A stretch of DNA of 64,000 bases, taken from contig OZ176054.1 in the NCBI GenBank assembly GCA_964247055.1, forward strand, positions 5,394,001 through 5,458,000. The letters are read 5' to 3'. The notes beneath the pieces are model-generated. The model made no database searches and was not told where the DNA came from. It was given only the letters and a program-made list of their open reading frames with translations. The stretch comes from Paragordius varius. Its lineage: Eukaryota > Animalia > Nematomorpha. Positions 38,814-52,000 of this stretch are shown here, piece after piece (positions within the stretch are counted from its first letter, which is position 1; every line of letters begins with the position of its first letter). The position numbers were made by a program, and so were the translations under genes.

Positions 38814-41800
38814 AAGATATTTTGTATAATTATGTATATATTTACCTTAATTGTTTAAAAACTACAAAAAATTTATTGTATAAAATATTTTATAATAAAG
38901 TTTTATATACCGAATCAAAAACAGTATATGAATATATCAAATGTGCAATGTACATTCATAAACCATATGAAGATTATTCAAATTTTAAGTAAGGATTTCA
39001 TAAATTTAATAATTTATTTTAATTAACATTTGTTTAATATTTTTTACTAATTACAATAAAAGACCTAATTAGTGTGTTATTTTGATTTTTAATACTTATA
39101 TATGTTTAACAGCAGATAAGCCTAAAATTTATTATTATAAAATATAAGCATTGAACTTTTTACTTATATTGCATAATGTTATATATTGCGTGCTTCACCT
39201 TTTATATATCTTTCAACTTGTACTAAAATTTTATAACGCCAATTTAATCGTGAATTCTTTAAGTAAATAATGATTTCAAGATGCCTCTTTTTACAAGAAA
39301 TATATTATACCTCCAATTATTCTACTAATTAGCGTTTACATTTTATTTTGCTGAATTACGATTAAATATATACTTTGGCTTCCTGTGAGCAAGATCCAAG
39401 ATTCGCCTAAAAACTGTTAAAAGAGTGAACCTTTATATATATAAATCTTTATATTAAGATATATTGAATATGGGGGGAAATAAATTATTATTATTATTGA
39501 AGATTATTCCAGTATATTTATCTCCCCTTTTGAATCTGTCAAGACAGATACAGCCAGCAAGCCTTTCTTTATGGCATAATTTATTTTGTCTTTTTTAGTT
39601 ATTATACAAATCTTAATCTTCCAGATATACCCTTATAAAATACTCAAATTTTTCGCAAATTCAAATTTATTTTCATTCTCAAAATTTTAGGATTAATGTA
39701 TATGTATACCATACACTAAAAACTTTTTATATGCATCAGATTAATTTATTGATACTGCCATTTCTAATCATTCAATTCCTGGTAAAAATACTTCTTTTAT
39801 AGTTGTTGTTTTTTTATGCTAAAAATTTCTCTCATGGTTTTAATGATTAATAGAGCTGATTTATATAGATATATATTTCTCTGCAGAGATTTTATGAATC
39901 AGATATGTATATAAACGTAAATGTATACATATATATGGATTATAAATTGATCAATACAGTCTGATAATATAGTATATACACCATTAAATTCAATTGTCAT
40001 TATTGATCAACTAACTTACTATCTTATATAGAATTTCCATTCCATAATCCCTTATATCCATAAATAAAGGTATATTGTTTTTTATTGTATTCAAACACAC
40101 GATCTACATATTATAATACAAATTATTAGACGCGCAAATATATTTATTTTAATTGAATTATATATATGCTTTTTATGGGACACGAATGCGATGAATCGGA
40201 AAAAAAATCAAATCGAAACGACCGATAACAGTAGCGTATATTATGGTGTTTGTTTCGAAGTATATAAACTTGAAGTTTATATCAAAGTGAGATAGGTAAA
40301 AAATGTTTAAATTGAAACTGTTCATCGCTTTATGCCATACGCTACTGAGTGTGATCAATTATTATCGAGTCTTATCAGAATCGCGATAAGTAAACCAGCG
40401 TTCTAAGCAAATCAAATTTAATTTTAAAAGATGTCTCTCACTAAAGTTCTTTTCTCATTACAACTGATATGACCTTTTTAACCAAACACTTAATAAATCT
40501 CAATTACGTTTTCGATTTTTTTTTCAAAAAAAACATATATTTCATCTTGTGTCAGTTCCATTTATACATGATTACACTGTTATTCATATGATTTATTATA
40601 TTTAAATTTAATGTATTTCACATAATAAGAACACAGAGACGATTCTCAGGGTCACACATTTAAGTGACATTTTATAGCGGATTAATATTTTAATTTGGTT
40701 TTTCTCCAATATTTTTTTATTAAGTTTTTTATACTTTAATTAACTAAACAGGACATGGCGTTTTATTAAGCATTTTGATAAGCCAGGTTTGCACATGAAA
40801 GAGAAAAGTAACTACCGTTTTTGACAAATTCATACAATGATTATGAAATTTAAAACTTTTTCTAATTTATTTTTACCAGCCTTCATTTTAATTTTTTTGT
40901 TTATTTTTTTTTGTTTGAATGATAATTTGTCTCATGTTTTGGTTAGCTAGCTAGCTAGGCAAGCTGGCTTGATTAAACTTAAATTAAATTTTTGACATTA
41001 ACATAAAAGGACGCAAATGTGCACAGATACAACGCATCTTCCAATCTTCTAATAAATGTTGTTTGGATCGATTCGTGATTTCTTTTGTGAAACAGGGGAA
41101 AAATCCAATTTATTTATTTACATTATTTGTTTTTTATCATTTAATTTTTATAACGAAATAATGTAATGATCATTATTATTATACGTATTATTTGCCGTTT
41201 TTGGTGTATATGCAAAATTCAATTAGACTTGAATAATTCTTATTTTGTCAAAATAAATTTGGCTTTATCATTTCACTATTCTTGTCTTCCCCATGTACAG
41301 GGAAAAGGGGCTCTCTGATACCAATATTATTGATTTACATTTCGTCTACTCTACAGTATTTAGTTTTAGGTACAAGGCAAACTTGTATAAACACTAAGTA
41401 TTTTTTATTGGACTGTCTCATGTATTATGTTTATTAACAAACTAAATTGTCATTCGTTTAATCAATCAAAAAGTCCATTTTAAAAAGCAAGACATAATTT
41501 GTATTGCTTAAAATAAGTTACAAGAAAATTGTTAGTGTCATTTTTGATAGATAGACCATGGGAATTATATGTAATATACAGTCCATTCTGATTTTTGATT
41601 AAATTTTTTAGGTAAAGAAGTTAAATTACAAATAATTAAAAGGGAAAAATTATTTTACAGCACATACTTAACCTTGAAATCAAGAATCTAATTTAGTTTA
41701 TTCTTAAACTTATGTCATCGCTTTTAAATTTATCTATATATATTCTCAAAGTTGATTAAAAAAAAATTTTCCCAACGCCTAAATTTTTTTGTTATCTATT

Positions 41801-42880
41801 TTTAGTTTCATAGCATTTATAGGTAAATCTGTGTTGTGATAGAAATAAATCTTCAATCACACGGATGATTGGACAATAATATAATATGAGGTTTCTTTCT
41901 CTCTTTTCTTTAACATAAAAAATGTGTTAATTTTACGCTAAAATAAACATTTATGCCTGTCTATACTATATCAATTAGGTTTTGTGCATATAAACTTACA
42001 AATTAATTAATTAATTAATTATATTATTGATTAATGCGTTCACTTTTTTGTATACATTTTTTAATACAGCAGAGAATAAAAATTAAACTGAGTTTACCAG
42101 AAACTTAAGCAATACAGAATCGAGAGCTATTATTGACCATTGCGGCTTTTAAATGGGGGTAAAAGGGGATTTAGTTATTGTTGCCATGTAATTTTTGGTT
42201 AAAATTAGTTACATTTTTAAACAATGGTATCGAACAATATTACATTAGAATACAAATCATATTTCTATTTTTTCGATGCATATTAGCGGATTACGACCGA
42301 CTTCTTTAAAATCAAATATTTTGTAAAATATGGAATGTTTTAAAACCATTTCGATAGTTTGCATTTAGATAACATTAATGCGCCGAAATAAAAAAATGTA
42401 TTAACAATGACAATATTTCTTATTTTATGGATGAACTTGAAGGAAAAAATTATAAACATTACATATTTACATTAGTTTAATTTTAAAATACGGATTAAAC
42501 CTTCTGTCAATATTTGTTAATTATGATCTTTATGAAGCTTTAAGTTTAATTTTAGCGTTCAATTCTAAAAAATCATAATATGCTAAATGTTGTAAAATGA
42601 AAATGGCGTTGAAGTAGTTGGATGTGGAGCTTTTTTTAAAACCACATTTTATATATTTTTATCGAGATAAAAGCATGAATTTAATTGGGACTTTACGTTT
42701 TAGTAGGTTATTTATCAAATGAAGTTAAAGTTAGCTGGAGCTCCTAGTTCCCATTTTCTATCGGAGTGTTTGATATGTAGTTGATTAAAAAACTTAGACA
42801 TAGATATGTAATTAAAAATGTACTTTTAGCCAATTAAATTTAAAAAAAATAACCAATAAGAGCCCTTGATACTATATTAA

Positions 42881-43408
42881 CACTTTGATTCAAATTTAGG
42901 TATCTAAATACTCCAGACAATAATTAAAATGATATTTTTGAAAAACTACTGAAAGAAACGGTTTTAATTTATGTTTATCCTTATATCCTAAATAAAATTA
43001 TATAAATAAACTTATATATCTAAATAAAATTTAGTTTTGGATAAAAAGTTTCTTAAACTATTTGGGCGCCATTATTTCACAATATTTTTGCAATATATCG
43101 TGTTTATTCTAAGCCTAAAAATAAGTTTACTTAATCACATTTAACGTTGATATAAACAGAAAAAGTGGTATATTTTGCATTATTTAGCTTATGTACACAT
43201 GTCATGTTGCTTAATTCTTACCTTTGGGTTTTGCCTCTGAATAAGTAATATCAAATATTTTTAAATTATTATATTTCGGTTCATTAATGTTATATAAGCG
43301 TAGACTTTTGCCATGGTTTTTTGAAATATTTATATTTAAACAAGCCTGGGATATCTAACTACCCCTATTTGTATCGAAGGACTGAAATGAAGGCGTTGTA
43401 TCCAAGTA
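42881..43408 (-). mobile_element. TTAA-flanked MITE, copy 2 (inverted, more diverged)
   Basis: TTAA|CACTTTGATTCAAATTTAGGGTATCTAAATACTCCAGAC matches the reverse complement of the right end of copies 1 and 3. TTGTATCCAAGTA|TTAA matches the left end. Confidence 0.7.
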
Positions 43409-43728
43409 TTAAACATGCGCATATATTTTTTTGTACGTTTGTTTTTTAGATGAGAACGGAAATTAACCTAAAACTCCAGGCTACCATTTATGTGTACTCT
43501 TGTTGCCTACTTATTCTTTTTACCTTTTCTCCTATCATTTGTAATGTATTTAACACATGCATGATGGTTTAAGTATGAAATGTGTGTTTTTTGTTTCATT
43601 AAATTTCATTATTGCTTTTAATTAACCTGCCTAAGAGAGTTTTGAGAGAGAGTTCAATTAATTCATTAATGTTTTGTATGGTTAGGCTTAGGGAGCCACT
43701 CTACATGGTATTTTCATTTGTGAATTAA

Positions 43729-44310
43729 CACTTGGATACAACACACTCATTTTAGTACTTCGATTCAAATTGGGGTAGTTGGATACCCCAGGCCTGTTTA
43801 AAATCAAATAGTTTAAAAAGTATGGAAGCAATCAAAACCATGGCAAAATTTTACACTTATATAACATCAATAAACCGAAATATATAAAAAATTTTATTCA
43901 AAAATACTTGATATTACTTATTTTGAGCTAAAACTGAAAGGTAAAAATTTAGTCAACGTGACATGTCTTAAATTGTAAAATTAAAAAATAATACAAAATA
44001 AACCGCTTTTTCTATTTCTCTCAATGTTAGATGCAATTTATATAAAAGGTAAGCTTTAGTTTTACCCTAAAAATTAAATGAAGACGATATTTTGCAAAAT
44101 TTTTGTAAAATAAAAATGGCGTCGAAGTAGTTTGAGATGCAACTTTTTTTTCAAAACAAAATTTTATCAAGATATTTTGGCATATTTATATAATATTTAT
44201 CAGGAGAGAAGCATAAATTTAAATTGGGACCGTTTCCTTCAGTAGTTTTTTAAAAATTTTAATTTAAATTTAGTCTGGGGTATTTAGATACCCCAATTTG
44301 AATCGAAGTG
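43729..44310 (+). mobile_element. TTAA-flanked MITE, copy 3
   Basis: TTAA|CACTTGGATACAACACACTC...TTTGAATCGAAGTG|TTAA. Confidence 0.8.
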
Positions 44311-46054
44311 TTAATGGAAGAAGCATAACAGTATGCTTCCCTATGCCTATTCCATTAAATAAATATAATATTTTTACTTATGAAATTGTAGGAGTCAAAT
44401 TTTAAATTAAATACATGTTTTAACTATTTTAGGAGAAAGGAATACTCTACAAATCATAGTTAGAAAAATCAAATATTAATTAAATTTTGTTTGGTTTGAG
44501 AGGAAAGGACAATTTGTTTCTGATATAATGCTTTGCAATCGTTCTGGCTGATTGTGTAGATTTTTTTACCAAAAAATAATTTACAATTATATTATCTATA
44601 ATCATATAATTTATGGTTATAATAATAAAATGATATTTATTTTATCAATCGATATACTCAATATTCATAAATCATTTTTTAATTTCATATGCTCCTAATC
44701 CCCTATATGTAAGTATATTGTAAGTGTGCCTACCGTGTTTTCAATTTTAGTATGTTTATTGTGCCTGTCCATTACTTATCATTATTTTGATTGGAAGCAT
44801 TATTATACAAAAATACTAATTTACATATATATTGGAAAAGAATTTTTCAGACAACCATTTATTTTTGTATGTTTGTTTGTTTGTTTTTTTCACAATGGCT
44901 AAATTTAAAACCCCGTTTTAAAAATGTTAGATACAGGCAGCATTTGAAGTTATTAGACTGGATAAAAAATTATATGCGTTTTATCCGCTTAAACTATGTA
45001 TATCAAATACAAAATAGGTCAAAATTTAATTTTATTTTATTAGCTAATAAAATTTATATGTGCAATCATGTTTCCGATACATTTTTTAATTATATGTTAA
45101 TTAGTAAGTAATGTTATGTAATATAAATTTAATAAAAAAAACCAATTATTGAGCTGATACGTAACATAATTATATCCATTTATAAAGTAATGAAATTCTT
45201 TCTAATTTAATTTTAAATGCTCATTTTATATGATTACCATTTTAGTGTGATTTTTATACCTTTATTTGCAACTTTTTTATACAAAAATTTTAAACATATA
45301 AGCAGGCAAATTGTATGTATTGTTTGTAACATCATTGAAATTCATGTTAAGTTTTCACTTGTAGTTAATTTTAACCGTAAAACTAAACTATAAATTAAAT
45401 ACTAATGTTATGATATATCACGTTTTCTTTGAAAATTCAAAGAGAAGAAAGCAAAAATGGTTTTTTGCTGAGCTCTCGCTAAAACATATTATGATTATTA
45501 AGTCGGTGAGCGCGGTTAACAAGAAAAGAATTGTGTAAATACATATTCAGAAAAAAACGTATTTTAATTTACCATTTTACAAAGTGCATTTGAATCTCGA
45601 CTGATTCATGCAATGAAACAATGGTACTAACTTCAAAAAAAAATTTTTTTGCAATTCTTTAAACATCGCATAAATTGCATGTTTTATGAATGATTTATCG
45701 CAAAAAGTTTAGTTTAGTATAGCATAGTTTATTTGTTCTTACTTATATTATAAATGTTGCAAAATTTTAGAATTATACATATGTAGTTAAATTTAAACTA
45801 ATAAATCACACATATTTGAACTTTGTTTTGTTGCAAGTTTTATCTTTTTTTTAGTTGTGTTAATTACCTTACGTACGGTAAATGTTTATCCCATATATAC
45901 ACCGTGATTATTACTCCACATTTTTAAGGTAAATTTTGTTTAATTATATGTATACTAATTCTCTGTTCTTGTAATATTCCATATAGTTCGTAAATCCATG
46001 GCTTACTACAAGTATCTATTAACTAATGCCCCTATCGAAGAACTAAAATAAATA

Positions 46055-49000
46055 ATGGCATTTTACAATTGTGTCACATCCGTGTCTAACATTATAACTT
46101 CAAACGGGCCTAAAATGTCGCCTTTGGAAGATGAATTCGATTGTCGAATACCTTCGCCCCCTCCCCCGCCTCAGAAACAAAATATTGATAAATGGTTACA
46201 AAACTCGGTTACTGCGGATACATCAACCCAAAATCACCACACCACAAACAATGATGAACATGGCAAAAATGCCTTATCTCGATTAAACATAGTTACCGAA
46301 TCATACAGTATAAATGTAAGTTACAATGTTGCCCCATCATCTACCCCTACCCCAAGTGTCAAAGCCAACAAAACTACGGATCATCATCAGGTGGATATGC
46401 CTATAAAAACTAATGCAATGAATGGCGTTAATTTGGATCGCAAACATCAAATTTATTCGATTGTGAATGGCCGCTCAACGGAAAACAGAAAAAGAAGTCC
46501 CATTTCAACACCAAATGCGATGCTGAGAGAAGGTTCATCATCAATATCTTCCTCTTTAGGGATCGGAAGTATGAATGGCACTGCCCCTGAAAATAAGAAT
46601 GTACACAACGCTGCTAATGTTAATTTAAGTATCAGCAATAACATGAGAGAATTGGTGGAAAGAAAGACTCAACAAAAGACGACGCAACAGGTAAGAAAAG
46701 TTATAAAACTTTGTTGTAAAAGTCACCAAATATTTTGATGTTATACATCGTTTAATGTAACACAGAAGGTTTAATGTCAATATAAAAACTCAATATTTTT
46801 CCACTACATATAATGCTGTACATATTTGAAGTTTTCAAATGTGTACACAGTTAAATTTTTTCTTTTATGTCTATTGCAACTAAACTAAAAGGATTAATTT
46901 TGAAACTTTATATATCTGAAATTCCCTTTTTGATGCATAACATTCTAGATATTATTCATTAATCCGTTTACTTTTAATCCACTGCATATAATTGGTAATA
47001 AACGATGTCCAAATTTAATATTAACCAATACGATGTTATGTACTTGGAGATTTTCTTTGTAAATGATGTTTCCCAATATATAATTTTCTTTTTCACGATA
47101 TTACACAATTGCTTGATTGAATTAAGCCTTGAAACAATACAAAATTTAATATATACTTGAGCTTTTATTTTTTTATGTAATACAGGTAACAAGAGTTACA
47201 AAAGTTTACGCAACGCGAAAGTTAAAACCTAGCGGCGAAACGCTTAATAAATCTTTGACAGCTAACGGTCACGTTGCTGGGGATGCAGACGAGGAAGCCA
47301 TTTTGCAAAGTTTGTTAACCGATATAGACAACAATACCAAGGCAATGATTGCACTTGATCCCCTTTATGAGAAGGTTTTTTTTATTTTTTGCAAAAACCT
47401 TAAACTCAGCTTCCCTTTAACTATACTAGATTTGTAAAAATGGTATGTAGTAAAGAAAGCTATCGATGGCCATTTCGGTTTTTAATTGGCTAAAAGTGGA
47501 TTTAATTTTGTCTGTTGGTATGCATGATTTTTTTATTTTTGGAGAAACATCGCCTATAATGAAATATCATGTTAGCAATAGTTTTAATTTAACTATAAAA
47601 TTGTAAAATTAATGCAACAGACTTGTTAATTAAATTTTATTTATCCGATTAAAATACCGAATGGCCAATGATAGCTATCGTTACCGAATCTTATAAGGAT
47701 TTTGTGAGAAATATTAATTCCTCAGAAGCCTGCTAAATTTTTATGAAATTACGCTAAAACTTCGATTCATATCAATTTATACGAGGTTTTTTTTCCTTAT
47801 TGATTTGGATATATATAATTATATAATTTACCGAAAAATCAGTTATAATTTCATATTGAATTATATAGTTAAAATTATTTATGCTAAATCCTAATAGATA
47901 TACATTTTCTATTTCTAAGTGATAAAAACTAGAACACTGTGTAAAAGAATTAATTATTTGTTAAGTATATCCTTTTCCTTCACTTTCTGCCAATCTCAAA
48001 TTCTGTTTTCCCGCTTTCATCATAACACGACACTATTGGTTTTTGTCCTCCGAAATTAAATACACATTAATGTGCCGCGCTTTGTGTCAGTAGTTTAGAG
48101 CAAGTCTGGCAGTGCATATTCTATCTCAAAGGCAGCATAAATAAATTGTTTTAGCTCATTTAATTTTATTGCTCTCTCCCTCTCTGTAAAATCGATATCA
48201 TCCCATCTCTCATCCCCCCTTTTTACATTTTTTATACTCTTCCCCGCTAATTATAATTACATCTGAATACAGAAAATTGGGATCGATCACACAGTTTTTT
48301 TATTCCAAATATTATTCAAGTGAAAATTAAAATTATTTACCTTTACTTTACTGTTTTAGCCAATTAATATTGCCACATCTATGATACGGGGTCCAGCACA
48401 AACTCTTGAAGAAAAAATCATAACGGAAATGTATGATGGGACTTTTGATAGCCCTCGTCATGAAGAGATTACATATCGATACAGTCCACGTTTAAATGGT
48501 TGTACCAATACTTTATCAAGCAACACTGAGAATGATAACGCAATTCTGAATATAGATAATTCCTTTATTCCACTTGAATGCTCTAATCAAACGCCAAATA
48601 TGGATAACACTGAATATTTGTTGTACAATAATTATAATCATATTTTGATGGCTGGACATGAACGTACGAACTCTATATTTAACGTTTTTTTCTCAACACT
48701 AAACATACAGTGGCGTATGCAGTAAAAGATTGTTAGTGCAAAATAATCTTAATAGGGGGATATAATGGATATGTTTATAAATAGGACTTTAATATATGAA
48801 AATTGTCCCCTTGTTTTGTGTTCATTAAGATTATTTTGCACTAACAATCTTTTACTGCATACGCCACTGTATAATTTAATTATGCTTTTCCTTCATTGTT
48901 TGTTTTTGTGTTTGGATAGTGTGGTGTAATACATAAATATATATGGTACGGTCACTTCACTTTGTACATAGTTTTTTCCCCTCTAATTTATATATGATAG

Positions 49001-52000
49001 GTCTCCGTTTTTATTGGTTTTTGCTATCATATTTTCTGATAACATTTTTATTTGCATCACCAATCTTTAAGTGCCACAACATTTTTTATAAAAACTGTAT
49101 TGCATAATTTTGAGATCTACAAGTATATTTTAACTAATTAATTAAATTAATAAATAATTTATAGTTAAATATAATTATGTAATTATTCCATCTATCCATT
49201 CATTTTAGTCAAAGGCCAACAACAACAATCGGATAGCGCAAATTATCTAATAAATAATGAACGTGAAATAAAATTCCCTCAGGAGTATGCCGTAAATAAC
49301 GGTAATAATCATACGCTGGATGTTACAAATGATACTCATCATTCTAAAAAATCAAATGACACGGTATCAATGATACAAAACATGCATTCAAAGAATGTTA
49401 ACAGTTGCGGACCACATCCTTACTTAAAAGATAAACACTACATAGTACAGGAGCTATCTCGATCTCATTACCCTAAACATCAATACAATACTAATTTTGG
49501 CGACAGCACTGATTCCCCATCCATCTTCATTTCGCGGAGTGGAAATCAACATTTTAACCCAAAATATTCTGTACCATCATATTATGACCCTAATCACTCT
49601 TTACAACAAAATTTTCGATTCCTACCAAAACCAGGTAACGAAAATTTGACCGGTTTTAGTGGCAATAAATTGGCAAGTATGAAACAAGATTACTTATCCA
49701 CTCTACCCGAAACCGAAGCTGAGGAACTTTACAATGATGATTTGATAAGCAGTAAACAGTCATCATCTGAATACGATGATTATTATAAATATGGTAATCA
49801 AATGCATCAACGACAAATTTATCCTAAAACAAAGCAAAACCAACAAACATATTATCCATTGCAGGAATTTTCGGACATTCACGGACTCAACAGTATAAAT
49901 CCTAAACGCCAATCTATCGATTCAACCAGTCAATTTAGTCAAGGCATGTTACATAATGGAACGATGCATAGCGCAACGTTTAAACAACATCCATTATCTA
50001 TTACAACGGATGATGATTTGACACATTATCGGTAATGTTTTTGGATTTTTTGTGCGATAATGTGTAAAATAAATAGGCTTTTATTGAATAAAACCTAAAT
50101 ATAGCGATAGGGTAGCAACAATATTTTGTTAAAAAAACTTTTATTGATTGGTGGTTATGAAAAATTTTCCCACGTTGCCAATTTTTCTTCTCAACCAAAC
50201 ATAATTTTTATCAATTGTGCTTTTTACGACTCTAATCTAAAGTGTCATAAATTAGGCCATTAAATTACATTATATTTAATTTATTAATGACATGTTACCA
50301 AATAGAAATCATTTTCATAGCAATAGGTATTTGGATGAAAGCGTATACATAAATTATGTTTTATTGCAAACATTGTTGATTTTTCCTTTGTTTTATATGC
50401 AATAATTGAATGAAAAAGAAATTGTAGTATTATAATGGATATAATGTCCATTAACTATATCCTTTTTTAATAATATACTAGAATATTTCGATTTTTTAGT
50501 TAATATTGGTTTTACCTACTAGATTATCAGATTATCAAGATAGTCCGAGGATATTACCCTTACCACTACCGCCTCAGTATTTCTTTAATGAACCTAATAC
50601 TGGGAAGAACTCAAATCAAAACAATCACCAACATAGATCAAATTTCAAAGACAGTGGTATATATTTTAAAATGATACTTAATCATATATTTTGCATACGC
50701 TAAATTATTGTTTCTTTACTTAAATATATATTATTCAGTGGGATAAATGGTCATTTATTTTTTATATGCAGGTTTACTGTATAGTATAAAGTTAAAGGAA
50801 ATAAGATGTATAATATGGAATGTAAATTAAATTTTTTAACATATAGACGCAAAAATAAAGCAATGTCTTCTTAATCAAGCAAACCATACATATATAAATC
50901 CTTAATAATTTATTTGTAATCTAGATTAGAATTATATACCGGTTGTAAATGGACAAAGGATATTTAAATATACATCAACCCATATAACTTTCAGATTTTA
51001 AGGGGTTTTTTATTAAAAAAAAGAGAGTTTATATTATAGCTTTATTTAATTTTTTGACTTGGCTCCTTATCATATATATTTTTGCATGTTTTGGTTGTGT
51101 TAGATGAAAACACTGTCCTTTGGCGAGATCCCGACCTCAATGATTTAATTGAATACCTAAGACCTCAGACAGAATCTTATGATCAAGTTGAGAAACGCGT
51201 AGATACAAATATACCAAATGGTGTAATAACTGGCAATAACAATAATGAGACGGAAAATAATGATTCAAACAACAGTAAAAGCTGTAAGGAGGAAGATGGT
51301 CAATCTCATTTTAATCGCATTTCACTCAGACTTCATGCATCTGCTTACCTTCAACACCTATCCTACATGAACAATGATATTAAACACATTGCTAGGTTTT
51401 TAATTTTTACATCACAAATTATAATCTAACTTACTCCCATATCGTTTAAAATGCAGTATTATTTAACACACCTTAAATCTCAAAGTGTTTAAAATAGAAT
51501 CTAAATCTTTTAAAATATGAGGATTGATACAGTGTTTATATTTAATTCTTCAAAAAGTAAAATTAAATAGTTTAAAGCTGTTATATATATATATATATAT
51601 AGACACTTAGATCTCATACCCATGTTAATGTGTTATTTGCGTCCTGAAGTATATGACGGATTACCCATACAACTTTTAATAAATGTTTGTGGATGCCTTC
51701 GAAATTTACTATATGGGAGAGATCATGACTTTAATCGAGTATTTTTGGCACCTTTTATTTAACACCATCCATAATGAAAAAAAACTATTTATATTTTCGC
51801 ATATTGTTTTATACTTTTTTTGTATGTTATAGCAAATCTTTGTGGAACATGATGGGATACGATTGATTAAACAAATATTCTTGCGCAAAATCCTAAATGA
51901 ATCGGCCCTTGAAAATTTGACGAAAGGGAAACCAACTGAAATCGATTTACTGTTAGAAACGATAACTGGACTTTTGTGGAACCTTTCGTCTCTTGAGGTA

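Noticed and set aside
39180-40480. Coding-like patches in the AT-rich region before delta-catenin
   Set aside because: I could not assemble a consistent spliced frame on either strand; stops occur in all frames.
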